A stretch of DNA of 64,000 nt from NCBI GenBank assembly GCA_963765205.1, contig CAVXVB010000005.1, forward strand, positions 626,285 to 690,284, read 5' to 3'. Positions 39,114 to 47,850 of the stretch are shown here, in pieces. A program made the translations under genes and the position numbers. Within the stretch, counting starts at the first letter, position 1. Each line of letters opens with the position of its first letter. Below the pieces are notes generated by a model. The model was not told where the DNA came from. It saw only the letters and a program-made list of their open reading frames with translations, and did no database searches. This DNA comes from an uncultured Verrucomicrobiae bacterium (lineage in GTDB: Bacteria > Verrucomicrobiota > Verrucomicrobiia > Opitutales > JABDGR01).

Positions 39114-40020
39114 TCATTTCGCGGCGGAGCCATCAGCCGGCGCAGGCACGGGCGTCAGTTGGCCGATGGGCTTGTCGCCAATCGCAATATCATCATAGTA
39201 AATATCCACGTCGTTGGCGACGGATGGCGCCCACGAGCGGAAACCGAGGTCAAATTCCTTAAAACCGCCGGTCAATCCGCCATCGGGATACATGATCCGA
39301 TGGGTAATGGGCTGGTTCACCGTCAAGTTTCCGTCCACCCAAATGACAATGCGACCCGGTTTTTCAATGAATTCCCATTCCAGGCAAAACCATTTCCCCA
39401 CCGGATAGACGCCGACCTGCTTCGTGGTTTCGCTGCGTGGACGGTCCGGGGTGGGCGCGTTCAACTGAAACGAAGGTTGAAAGAGGCCGCGGTCGCTGCC
39501 TATTTCCAGGAAGTCGGCAATCGGGAAACCCACCGAGCCGGACAAGATATACACGCTATGGGTGGCGGGAACGCCTTTGATCATCACATACGCGCGGCCG
39601 TAAAAATGATTGCGCAGTGATTCCTGCACCGTCATCCCGATAAAGGCCCAGGAATTTGTCCCCGTGCCCTTCGGATAATGAACCTGGAGGGCGTATTTGC
39701 CGTGTGCGACCACGTCCGATTGCACCGTGAGTGTCGCATTGCCTGCCACGCGCTGGACCCAGTAATTCGGGTTGATCTTGCCTGTTTCAAAATCTTCCCA
39801 AAAAACCGGCGGCCCGTTGGCAGGTCGGTCCCAAGGTTGCGGAGCGGCGGGAGCAGCATTGGCCGCCGGCCGGGCGGTGCGAGGCGTTGGCGCCGGAGCC
39901 GAAGCGGCAGGCGCGCTGCTGTCAGCAGCGGGCGCGGGCCGTTTGCGCGACGCCAGTATTGGCAATAACCGAACAAACCGTGAGGGCAAGGGGCAGGAGA
40001 TATTTTGGGGGGAGGGGCAT
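39114..40020 (-). CDS. Secreted Cip1-like protein, paralog 4 (frameshift near 39935)
   Basis: MPLPPKYLL...AQTA signal peptide frame switches to the PAPAADSS...WEDFETG core frame. Confidence 0.7.
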
Positions 40021-40224
40021 GGCGTAAAAAAGTAATCCAAGACCAGCAGGGCGCAAGCGAGAAATTAACCCCACTGGACGAGCGGATTTTCGCGGTGATA
40101 GTTGCCCAAGTTCTGCCATCCGTCCCGCCATGGCGGGATCTGTGCCATCCGTGGTCAAATTCGCTTGCGAAAAACAGAACAATCCATGCTTTTCTTCGCC
40201 GGGCCGCGCGCCTAGCGTGGCGGC

Positions 40225-41580
40225 ATGTTGGATCTCGGCTATCTCCTGCTCGGCCTCGCCATCGGCGCAGCCCTCGCGGCCCTCTGGCTGCGCGGGCGGA
40301 GCGTCGCCGCCGTCGCGGAACTCCGCGAGCGCGCGAAGAACCTCGAACAGCGCGCCACCGAATTAAAAGCCGAGCGTGACGGGCTGGCCGCGCGCGCGGG
40401 CCTCGTCGCCTCCCTCGAAACCGCCCTCCAAAAGGAACGCGGGACCGCGACGGAAAAACTCGCCGTGCTCGACGACGCGCAGAAAAAACTGCGCGAGGCC
40501 TTCTCCGCGCTCTCCGCCGAGGCCCTCCGCACCAACAACCAGCAGTTCCTTGATCTCGCCAAGTCCACCCTCGAAAAATTCCAGGAATCCGCTCGCGGCG
40601 ACCTCGACAAGCGCCAGGTGGCGATTGACCAGCTCGTCGCGCCCGTGAAGGAAACCCTCGGCAAATTCGACGCGAAACTCGGCGAACTCGAACGGGCGCG
40701 CGTCGGCGCCTACGAGGCCCTGCGCACCCAGGTGCAGGGGCTGGCCGACTCACAGACTGCCCTCAAAACCGAAACCGGCAACCTCGTCAAAGCCCTGCGC
40801 GCGCCGCAAGTGCGCGGGCGCTGGGGGGAAATCCAGCTCAAGCGCGTCGTCGAGCTCGCCGGGATGCTCGACCATTGCGATTTTCTCGAACAGCAAAGCG
40901 TCGCCAACGACGAAGGCCGCCAGCAGCGCCCGGACATGATCATAAAACTGCCCGGCGGCAAAAACGTCGTGGTGGACGCCAAAGCGCCGCTGGCCGCGTA
41001 TCTCGAGGCCCTCGAAGCGCCCGACGACGCCACCCGCGCGGAAAAACTGCGCGCCCACGCCCGGCAGATTCGCGACCACCTGCGCACGCTCGGGCAAAAG
41101 GGCTACTGGCAGCAATTCCAACCCGCGCCGGAATTCGTCGTGCTGTTTCTGCCCGGCGAAATGTTTTACAGCGCGGCCCTCGAACAGGACCCATCACTGA
41201 TCGAGGAAGGCGTCGGCCAGCGCGTGATTTTGGCCACGCCGACCACGTTGATCGCGCTGCTCAAGGCCGTGTCCTTCGGCTGGCGGCAGGAAGCCCTCGC
41301 CGTCAACGCCGCGGAAATCAGCGACCTTGGCCGCGAACTGCACGAGCGCCTGGGCACGATGGGCGGCCATTTTGTGCGCCTCGGTGAACGGCTCGACAAG
41401 GCCGTCGAGGCTTATAACGGCGCCATGTCGTCCCTCGAATCGCGCGTGCTCGTCACCGCGCGCAAATTCACCCAGCTCAGTTCCGCCAGCCCGGCGGAAA
41501 TCCCCGTCACCGAACCCATTCAGAAACAACCCCGCCTGCTCCAAGCGCCGGAACTGCTGGAGCCGACGACCAAGAATTGA
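40225..41580 (+). CDS. rmuC: DNA recombination protein RmuC
   Basis: N-terminal TM, coiled coil, RGRWGEIQL, RPD...VVDAKAP, VILATPTTLIALL. Confidence 0.95.
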   Translation: MLDLGYLLLGLAIGAALAALWLRGRSVAAVAELRERAKNLEQRATELKAERDGLAARAGLVASLETALQKERGTATEKLAVLDDAQKKLREAFSALSAEALRTNNQQFLDLAKSTLEKFQESARGDLDKRQVAIDQLVAPVKETLGKFDAKLGELERARVGAYEALRTQVQGLADSQTALKTETGNLVKALRAPQVRGRWGEIQLKRVVELAGMLDHCDFLEQQSVANDEGRQQRPDMIIKLPGGKNVVVDAKAPLAAYLEALEAPDDATRAEKLRAHARQIRDHLRTLGQKGYWQQFQPAPEFVVLFLPGEMFYSAALEQDPSLIEEGVGQRVILATPTTLIALLKAVSFGWRQEALAVNAAEISDLGRELHERLGTMGGHFVRLGERLDKAVEAYNGAMSSLESRVLVTARKFTQLSSASPAEIPVTEPIQKQPRLLQAPELLEPTTKN

Positions 41581-41620
41581 ATTTTGTTCTAAATCTTGGT
41601 GTCTGAATTATGTAATTGCC

Positions 41621-41866
41621 CTAATTTGAATCTGGCCTGGTCTTAACATTCTGTAGTCTGGCCCGGTTACGCCACGCGATCACTTTAAAGCCAATATACA
41701 AACCTAACAACGTCCCCCACGCCTCGAATAGCAACTTGGAGACGCCGTGTGCGGCGAATGCACCCAATACACCGTAGTAACGCAAACGCTCTATCACCAA
41801 AAACGCTGCGGCTAATGCGTAGATCATCTTCTCTTGGGCCGTTATCGTCTTGAGGGGGTTCGTCAT
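41621..41866 (-). CDS. Small hypothetical membrane protein
   Basis: 81 aa, two hydrophobic stretches, low GC. Confidence 0.5.
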   Translation of the reverse strand: MTNPLKTITAQEKMIYALAAAFLVIERLRYYGVLGAFAAHGVSKLLFEAWGTLLGLYIGFKVIAWRNRARLQNVKTRPDSN

Positions 41867-42021
41867 ACCGCCTTTTCTACCCGCGCCTGGCAGGGAGCGC
41901 AATAATTTTGGGCCTGGTTGGCTGAAAAATACTTTGTTTTTCTTGTTCTTATTTCCATTCCACCGGCGTCTTAGTGGTGTGTTCTTATTTCAACCCAAAC
42001 CCACCCAAGAAAGCTTCACCC

Positions 42022-42237
42022 ATGACTAACGAAATTGACCTCGCGGCGCTCGCCGGGCGCCTCAAGTTTCTCAACATCCTCTACCTCGCCCTCTTTGGCG
42101 CCAGCCTGGCCATGATTGTCCTCCAAGTCTCGGCGTTGCTGTGGGCCTGCACGCTCGGCAGTGCGGTCTGCGTGCGGCTGTATCGCGGTTCCCAGCTCAA
42201 CAAGTATAACGCCGCCAAAGGCGGCCCGCTGGTGTAG
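42022..42237 (+). CDS. Small hypothetical membrane protein
   Basis: 71 aa, two TM-like segments, host-like codon usage. Confidence 0.6.
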   Translation: MTNEIDLAALAGRLKFLNILYLALFGASLAMIVLQVSALLWACTLGSAVCVRLYRGSQLNKYNAAKGGPLV

Positions 42238-42332
42238 CTGTGGATTCGACGGAGACCACGCCGGAGTCGAATGAAATCCATGCCGGTTGAGTTTCTGTCG
42301 TGGGCCAGTTTGCATTTGGGCCTCGCGGCTTT

Positions 42333-42435
42333 CGCCCCAACGGGGCGCAGGAATCCAGCCCAAGGTTGCTTCGGCAGCAGCCGGAGCTACCTTGGGAATC
42401 TAATAACACAAAAAATTTGCGCTCTGAAGGAGCGC
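42333..42435. repeat. REP-like hairpin cluster
   Basis: CGCCCC-AAC-GGGGCG; CCCAAGGT...ACCTTGGG; GCGCTC-TGAAG-GAGCGC. Confidence 0.6.
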
Positions 42436-42541
42436 AGGCGCGCGGCGTTTCCTCCGCCCATGCAAGCCGCAAGACCCATTTCAAATTGACCCACCCTCGA
42501 ATTTCCTGTCACCGCAGGCCGGGAAATTGCAACATAGTGGT

Positions 42542-45244
42542 ATGGCGATAAACCCCAGCGTCGAGGAGCCGGCCATCGAGGACGCCGCCCTCGTCGCGCG
42601 CTGCCGGGCGGGCGAGACCGCCGCCTTTGCGCACATCGTCGCGCGCTACCAGTCCCTCATCTGCGCGCTGACCTATAGCGCGACGGGCAACGTCCACCAG
42701 AGCGAAGACCTGGCGCAGGAAACTTTTGTGGCCGCGTGGAAAAGTCTGCCCGACCTGCGTGAGCCGGCCAAGCTGCGCGCGTGGCTCTGCGGGATTGCCC
42801 GCAACCGGGCCTTGAACCGCCACCGCGACAACCGGCGCGAACCCAGCCACGCCGGCGAACCTTTGGAAAATCTCGCCAACCAAAAAACCGATGAACCCAA
42901 CCCCGCCACGCTCGCCATGGCCCAAGACGAGCACGCGCTCGTCTGGCGCGCGCTGGAGGAGATGCCCGAGACTTACCGCGAGCCGCTGGTCCTCTATTAC
43001 CGCCAAAACCAGTCGGTCGAAAACGTGGCCGGCGCGCTCGATTTGACCGAAGACGCCGTCAAGCAACGCCTCGCGCGCGGGCGCAATATGCTGCAAGAAC
43101 GCGTGCTCGCCCTCGTCGAGGGCACGCTCGGGCGGACGAATCCCGGCCCGGTCTTCACCGCCAATGTGATGGCGGCCATTCCGATCGCATCCACTTCACT
43201 GAGCAAAACAGCGGCGCTGGCAACGGCGACCACCGCCAAGGGCGTGCTGGTGGCCACCAAGGCCACCGGCTTCCTCGGCGTGCTGAACATCCTCCTCGGC
43301 CCGCTCATTGGCCTCCTCGCCGGCCTGTTGGGCGTGGAGTCGGGCCTGAAGGCCTTTTCCGGGCAAAACATATTTCCGGCCCGACCCCTGTCGGTGGAAG
43401 AACGAAAGGCCACGCGCGAAGCGAGAAAACTGCGGCAGCAGGAATTCCGGGAAAAGTCCAAGGAACGGCGAAAGGCCAACTGGGAGCATATCAAGCAAGG
43501 TTGGCGGGGATTTGGCACGGTGCTCCTCAAGCCGACGTTGCTGCTCATTGCGGCGATCGCGGTAATGTTGGTTTCCATTTGGTTGCTGTCGGGTAAAAAG
43601 GGCGAGAATCCGTTTTTGGATTCACACTGGATCCTCGTTTCCAGAATTGGCCTGGTGAGCATCGGGTTGGGCCTTTGCTGCCTGATTCGACAGTTAATAG
43701 CCTACAAGGCATTCGTGCGCGGAAAGGGAGACTCTTACCGCGAACGTCAGCGTGCAGTAAATTGGAGAGCGTTCAAAGCCTTGGTGATGCTTGCCGTCAC
43801 GTTCATCGCGATGCAGGTGCTGTGTGCGGTGCCGGCCCTCTACTTGCGGCAAAATCCGGCGCTGGTCACCGCTGCGGCCATCGGCTTGTTCTTGGGTTCT
43901 CGGCGGCTGGCAGAGGGACTGACGAAACTGATCAAGTGGAGCATCCCCGACTATACGGGTGAAGTGCCGAGCGACCAGCCGCACGCAACCAAGGAATTCC
44001 GCAGCCCGTGGTCATTGCTCGGCCTGCCCCTGCTGCACCTCAACACCGGGCGGACGCCCGATGGCAAGCGGGGCGAGGCCCGAGGCTGGCTGGCCATCGG
44101 TGGCCGCGCGGTCGGTGTCGTGGCCATCGGCGATATTGCCGTGGGCATTATTAGCATTGGCCGGGCGGCGATGGGCTTGGTGGCAATTGGCGGAGTCGCC
44201 GTGGGGCCACTGGCTATCGGCTGCCTGGCCTTCGGCCAGTGGACGGCGGGCGGCCTGGCGGTAGGCGGTTTTGCCACCGGTGGGCTGGCGTTTGGCCTAC
44301 ACGCAGCGAGCGGGTCGCTCGCGCTGGCGCAGGATTACGCCCAAGGCAGCTTCGCCTACGCCGCACATATCAATGGCGATGCCGCGCAGGCCGCCGCCGC
44401 GGGAAGATTTTTTCCCGCCATGAATAGCTTCCTTCATCGAGCCTGGATTGGTAGCGCGTTTTTGGTTCTGTTCGGCTTTTCGTTACACCAGACGGGCACC
44501 TTCGCGGGATACACCTCCAAAAAACTGCCCAAGAAACCCGAGGGAGGATTTGAGCATAAACTCTCCGCACTCCCGTCGGGCGATCTCGTCGTGCCCGCGC
44601 TAATTTCGCTGGCCTTATCAACGACGATAATTTGGCTATTAACCCAGGACTGGAAAAAATTTGAGGCGCATCCCTTCGCCGCCGTAATCGTGGTGAGTGG
44701 CCTCGGCCTGCTTTATCTCCTTGGGTTGCTACTGGGCTCCATTGGCCAGTTCGTGTTTTATCGCCTGCTCAGTGGACCACAGGCGCATGAACCGGACACA
44801 AAAGAAGCGGACGGAGAAAATGGTCCCTTGGGTTCCGCAAACAGTTTGGCCGAAGATTCACCGCGAACTCCAGCAGCGGCTCCACAAAAGCCACCCGACA
44901 AGCTTATAAAATACAAAGTCCTGCTCGGGTTGACGATCATCGCACTTATCGCATTGCCCTTTATTTTTGCCCAGATTGCCCATTCCAAAGTGTGGCTTCC
45001 AGTCGTGTTGATTGCAGTGGCCGTTGGCATTGTTGCCGGTGAATTTTGGTTTACCGTGAAAGAGGCCCGCGGAGCAAACCGGAATGCAGGCCTGAAAGCA
45101 GCCGGAAAAACATTGGTGGATGTCGCCATTTTTGGCGCACTCCTTGCGGTTATTATGAATTTTTGGTCTGCCTCGCTGATTATCGTTGGGGTCGCCTTGG
45201 CGGGATTGAGGTTCGGGTTGCCAAAACGGATGGGACTGGATTAA
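42542..45244 (+). CDS. ECF sigma-70 factor fused to a ~700-aa polytopic membrane extension
   Basis: Sigma2 (SEDLAQETF, LRAWLCGIARN) and sigma4 (VAGALDLTEDAVKQRLARGR), followed by many TM segments and a Gly-rich AIGG/AVG repeat block. Confidence 0.88.
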   Translation: MAINPSVEEPAIEDAALVARCRAGETAAFAHIVARYQSLICALTYSATGNVHQSEDLAQETFVAAWKSLPDLREPAKLRAWLCGIARNRALNRHRDNRREPSHAGEPLENLANQKTDEPNPATLAMAQDEHALVWRALEEMPETYREPLVLYYRQNQSVENVAGALDLTEDAVKQRLARGRNMLQERVLALVEGTLGRTNPGPVFTANVMAAIPIASTSLSKTAALATATTAKGVLVATKATGFLGVLNILLGPLIGLLAGLLGVESGLKAFSGQNIFPARPLSVEERKATREARKLRQQEFREKSKERRKANWEHIKQGWRGFGTVLLKPTLLLIAAIAVMLVSIWLLSGKKGENPFLDSHWILVSRIGLVSIGLGLCCLIRQLIAYKAFVRGKGDSYRERQRAVNWRAFKALVMLAVTFIAMQVLCAVPALYLRQNPALVTAAAIGLFLGSRRLAEGLTKLIKWSIPDYTGEVPSDQPHATKEFRSPWSLLGLPLLHLNTGRTPDGKRGEARGWLAIGGRAVGVVAIGDIAVGIISIGRAAMGLVAIGGVAVGPLAIGCLAFGQWTAGGLAVGGFATGGLAFGLHAASGSLALAQDYAQGSFAYAAHINGDAAQAAAAGRFFPAMNSFLHRAWIGSAFLVLFGFSLHQTGTFAGYTSKKLPKKPEGGFEHKLSALPSGDLVVPALISLALSTTIIWLLTQDWKKFEAHPFAAVIVVSGLGLLYLLGLLLGSIGQFVFYRLLSGPQAHEPDTKEADGENGPLGSANSLAEDSPRTPAAAPQKPPDKLIKYKVLLGLTIIALIALPFIFAQIAHSKVWLPVVLIAVAVGIVAGEFWFTVKEARGANRNAGLKAAGKTLVDVAIFGALLAVIMNFWSASLIIVGVALAGLRFGLPKRMGLD

Positions 45245-45532
45245 CCCAAGTTTTGGAAATATGCTCTGGACCTCACCAACCAAGCCGCCTTTGCCCTGGG
45301 GCTGACGCTTTACCACCTTGATCCCGATCCATTTTTTGGACATCCGTCGGTTATCCTCTACGCCCTCGCCGCGAAAATCGGCCATCATCTCCTGTTCTGG
45401 GACAAATACAAGGAAGTGGAAATTCACCAAAAAGCCGCAGCCACCTCGGACGCCGTCCCACCTCCACCGAAAATACTTTGAGCGGAGTTTTATAATCCAG
45501 GCCCGCCTTAGTCCCGCAGGGACGCCACCTTT

Positions 45533-47266
45533 TCACTCCGCCTTCCGCCACGCCAGAATTTCCAACTGCGGGTATTGGCGACCGTTCCAGAAGTTCCAGT
45601 AGAACTTCGCGGCGAGGTCGAGCGGCGTGTTCGCGGGCGGCAGGTTCGCCGCCTTTTTCCAGGCGACGGCGGCGACGCGCCCCGCGCCGCCGGGCACCCA
45701 GCAGCGGTAGCTTTCCCCGTTGCCGAACAAATCCGGCGTGGTCAGTTTCACCCCGCGCACGCCGAACACCGGCTCCGGGTTGGCTTCGCCGAAAGGATGC
45801 AGCAATTCCAGATCGTGCAAAAATTCCTCGTTCAAGTCGGCGGGTTGGAGCCACGCGGCCAGTTCGAGCGCCGTGGATTCCGGGGCCAGCGCCGCGCGGT
45901 GCGTTTGCACCGAAGCCGAAAACGCGGCGTGAAACTCCGCCAGGCCCGCGAGCTCGAGCGAGATGCCGACCGCCATCGGGTGCCCGCCCCAATGCGCCAG
46001 ATATTCCGCGCAGGGTTGCAAGACCTCGACCAGGTTGAGGCCGGGGATGCTGCGGCCCGAGCCTTTGGCGAGCGCGCCTTCCCGGCCCAGCACGATGCAC
46101 GGGCGCGCGTATTGGCGGCAGAGCTTGCCCGCGACGATGCCAACCACGCCGGGGTGCCAGCCCTCGCCATAGACGACCAGCGCCGGCGCGTCGCGCTGCG
46201 TTTGCTCGACCAGCCGCTCGGCTTCGAGCGTCACCTGCTTTTCGATTTGCTGGCGTTCGCGGTTGAGCGTGTCGAGCGTTGCCGCCGCCTGGCGGCAAGT
46301 TTCCAGGTCCGCGGCCAGCAGCAGCTCGACCGGCAGCGCCGCGTCGGCCAGGCGGCCCGAGGCGTTGATGCGCGGGCCGAGCCGGTAGGAAATATCGGTC
46401 GCCGCCAGCGCCTGGCCGGGCGTGAGGCCGCTGACGGCGAAGAGCGCGCGCAGGCCGGGCCGGGCGCATTTTTCGAGGACCTTCATGCCGTGCCGCGCGA
46501 GGATGCGGTTTTCGCCCGCCAGCGGCACCAGGTCCGCCACCGTGCCGAGGGCCACGAGGTCAAGCGCGTCGGCGAGCTTGAGCGCAATCGCCCGCGCGTC
46601 GTTGGCGGCGCGGCGCAATTTCAAAAAACCGTGCGCGAGTTTGAACACCAAGCCGACGGTGCAGAGCTGGCTCCACGGCGCGCCGGGCGTTTCATGGACG
46701 TGCGGGTTAATGAGGATGCAGTCGTCCGGCAGGCCGGACTTCGAGCGGTGGTGATCCACGATGAGCACCTGGCAGCCCCGCGCGCGCAGCACCGCGACTT
46801 CCTCGATGGCGTTCGTGCCGCAATCCAGCGCGATGAACAGCCCCGGCACGCCGTCGGCCAGCACGCGTTCAATCGCCGCGCGCGACAACCCGTAGCCCTC
46901 CTCCAACCGGCGCGGCACCGCATAGCGCGGCTCGACCCCGAACGCGCGCAGCAAGCCAACCAGCAGCGCCGTGCTCGTCACCCCGTCCACGTCATAATCG
47001 CCAAACACCACGATGCCGCGCCCGGCCGCCACCGTCTCGTCGAGCAACTTCGCCGCCGCTTCCAGCTGCGGCACGCGGAACGGGTCTTCCAGCAAGGCAA
47101 GGCGCGGGCGCAGGAACGCGTCGGCGCTGGCGGAATCCTCCAATCCGCGGCCCGCGAGCAGGCCGGCCAGCACCGGGCTGAGGCCAAGGTCGCGGGCCAG
47201 CGCGGCGGCGGCCTCGGTCGGCGGGGGGGAACAGTTCCAGCGGGTCACAGGGGGGAAACCAGTCAT
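45533..47266 (-). CDS. recJ: ssDNA exonuclease RecJ
   Basis: GDYDVDG, DCG, DHH, GTVADLVPL, PRINASGRL, GSGRS, GGH. Confidence 0.96.
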   Translation of the reverse strand: MTGFPPVTRWNCSPPPTEAAAALARDLGLSPVLAGLLAGRGLEDSASADAFLRPRLALLEDPFRVPQLEAAAKLLDETVAAGRGIVVFGDYDVDGVTSTALLVGLLRAFGVEPRYAVPRRLEEGYGLSRAAIERVLADGVPGLFIALDCGTNAIEEVAVLRARGCQVLIVDHHRSKSGLPDDCILINPHVHETPGAPWSQLCTVGLVFKLAHGFLKLRRAANDARAIALKLADALDLVALGTVADLVPLAGENRILARHGMKVLEKCARPGLRALFAVSGLTPGQALAATDISYRLGPRINASGRLADAALPVELLLAADLETCRQAAATLDTLNRERQQIEKQVTLEAERLVEQTQRDAPALVVYGEGWHPGVVGIVAGKLCRQYARPCIVLGREGALAKGSGRSIPGLNLVEVLQPCAEYLAHWGGHPMAVGISLELAGLAEFHAAFSASVQTHRAALAPESTALELAAWLQPADLNEEFLHDLELLHPFGEANPEPVFGVRGVKLTTPDLFGNGESYRCWVPGGAGRVAAVAWKKAANLPPANTPLDLAAKFYWNFWNGRQYPQLEILAWRKAE

Positions 47267-47310
47267 AGCCGCAAAGAAGCGGGAAAGTCACAAGCTATAA
47301 ATTGGAAAAT

Positions 47311-47568
47311 TCAGTCAGCCACCATCAATTTCAAGATTTTCACGTGCTGGTCAGCATCATCCACCCAGTAGTAAATGGCCAAGCCGCGAACAACGGAGAC
47401 ATCCACCCGCCGCCCGCTTTCGTCAGCTTCAAGGTAATCGGAATAATGGCCGGGAGCATCCTGCAAGCGGCGAAAATGCGCCAGAATCTCCCGACGACGC
47501 GAACGACTGAACGACTCCAAAAGGTCAATCACCTCCACCGCAATGAACAGACGGTAAGTCATGGCCAT
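47311..47568 (-). CDS. Probable RelE/ParE-fold toxin
   Basis: 85 aa; YRLFI...AIYYWVDDADQHVKIL; directly downstream of a small antitoxin-like ORF. Confidence 0.55.
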   Translation of the reverse strand: MAMTYRLFIAVEVIDLLESFSRSRRREILAHFRRLQDAPGHYSDYLEADESGRRVDVSVVRGLAIYYWVDDADQHVKILKLMVAD

Positions 47569-47576
47569 AAGGCCGG

Positions 47577-47768
47577 TTAGAGAAGCTGTTTTTCAGCCTC
47601 GTCCAGCGAAACCCAGTGCTTGGGGTTGCGGTCGTCAATCTTGCGCGTGATTTCGCGGCGAAAGGCCGTGCGGGAACGACGGGTCAGCGCCAGCAGATGC
47701 GCAGCCAATTGCCGCCGTTTAGGCGCGGGCAACTTCTCGACTGCCTCCTTGATTTCCGCGAAACTCAT
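47577..47768 (-). CDS. Probable addiction-module antitoxin
   Basis: MSFAEIKEAVEKLP..KRRQL, C-terminal WVSLDE; clear TTGACG-16-TAAGGT promoter. Confidence 0.6.
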   Translation of the reverse strand: MSFAEIKEAVEKLPAPKRRQLAAHLLALTRRSRTAFRREITRKIDDRNPKHWVSLDEAEKQLL

Positions 47769-47850
47769 GCGCTTACCTTATTCATTCCTGAATGGACGTC
47801 AACTTGATTGGTTTGACCAACAGCAACTTCACGAGAGCCCCGCACACCCC

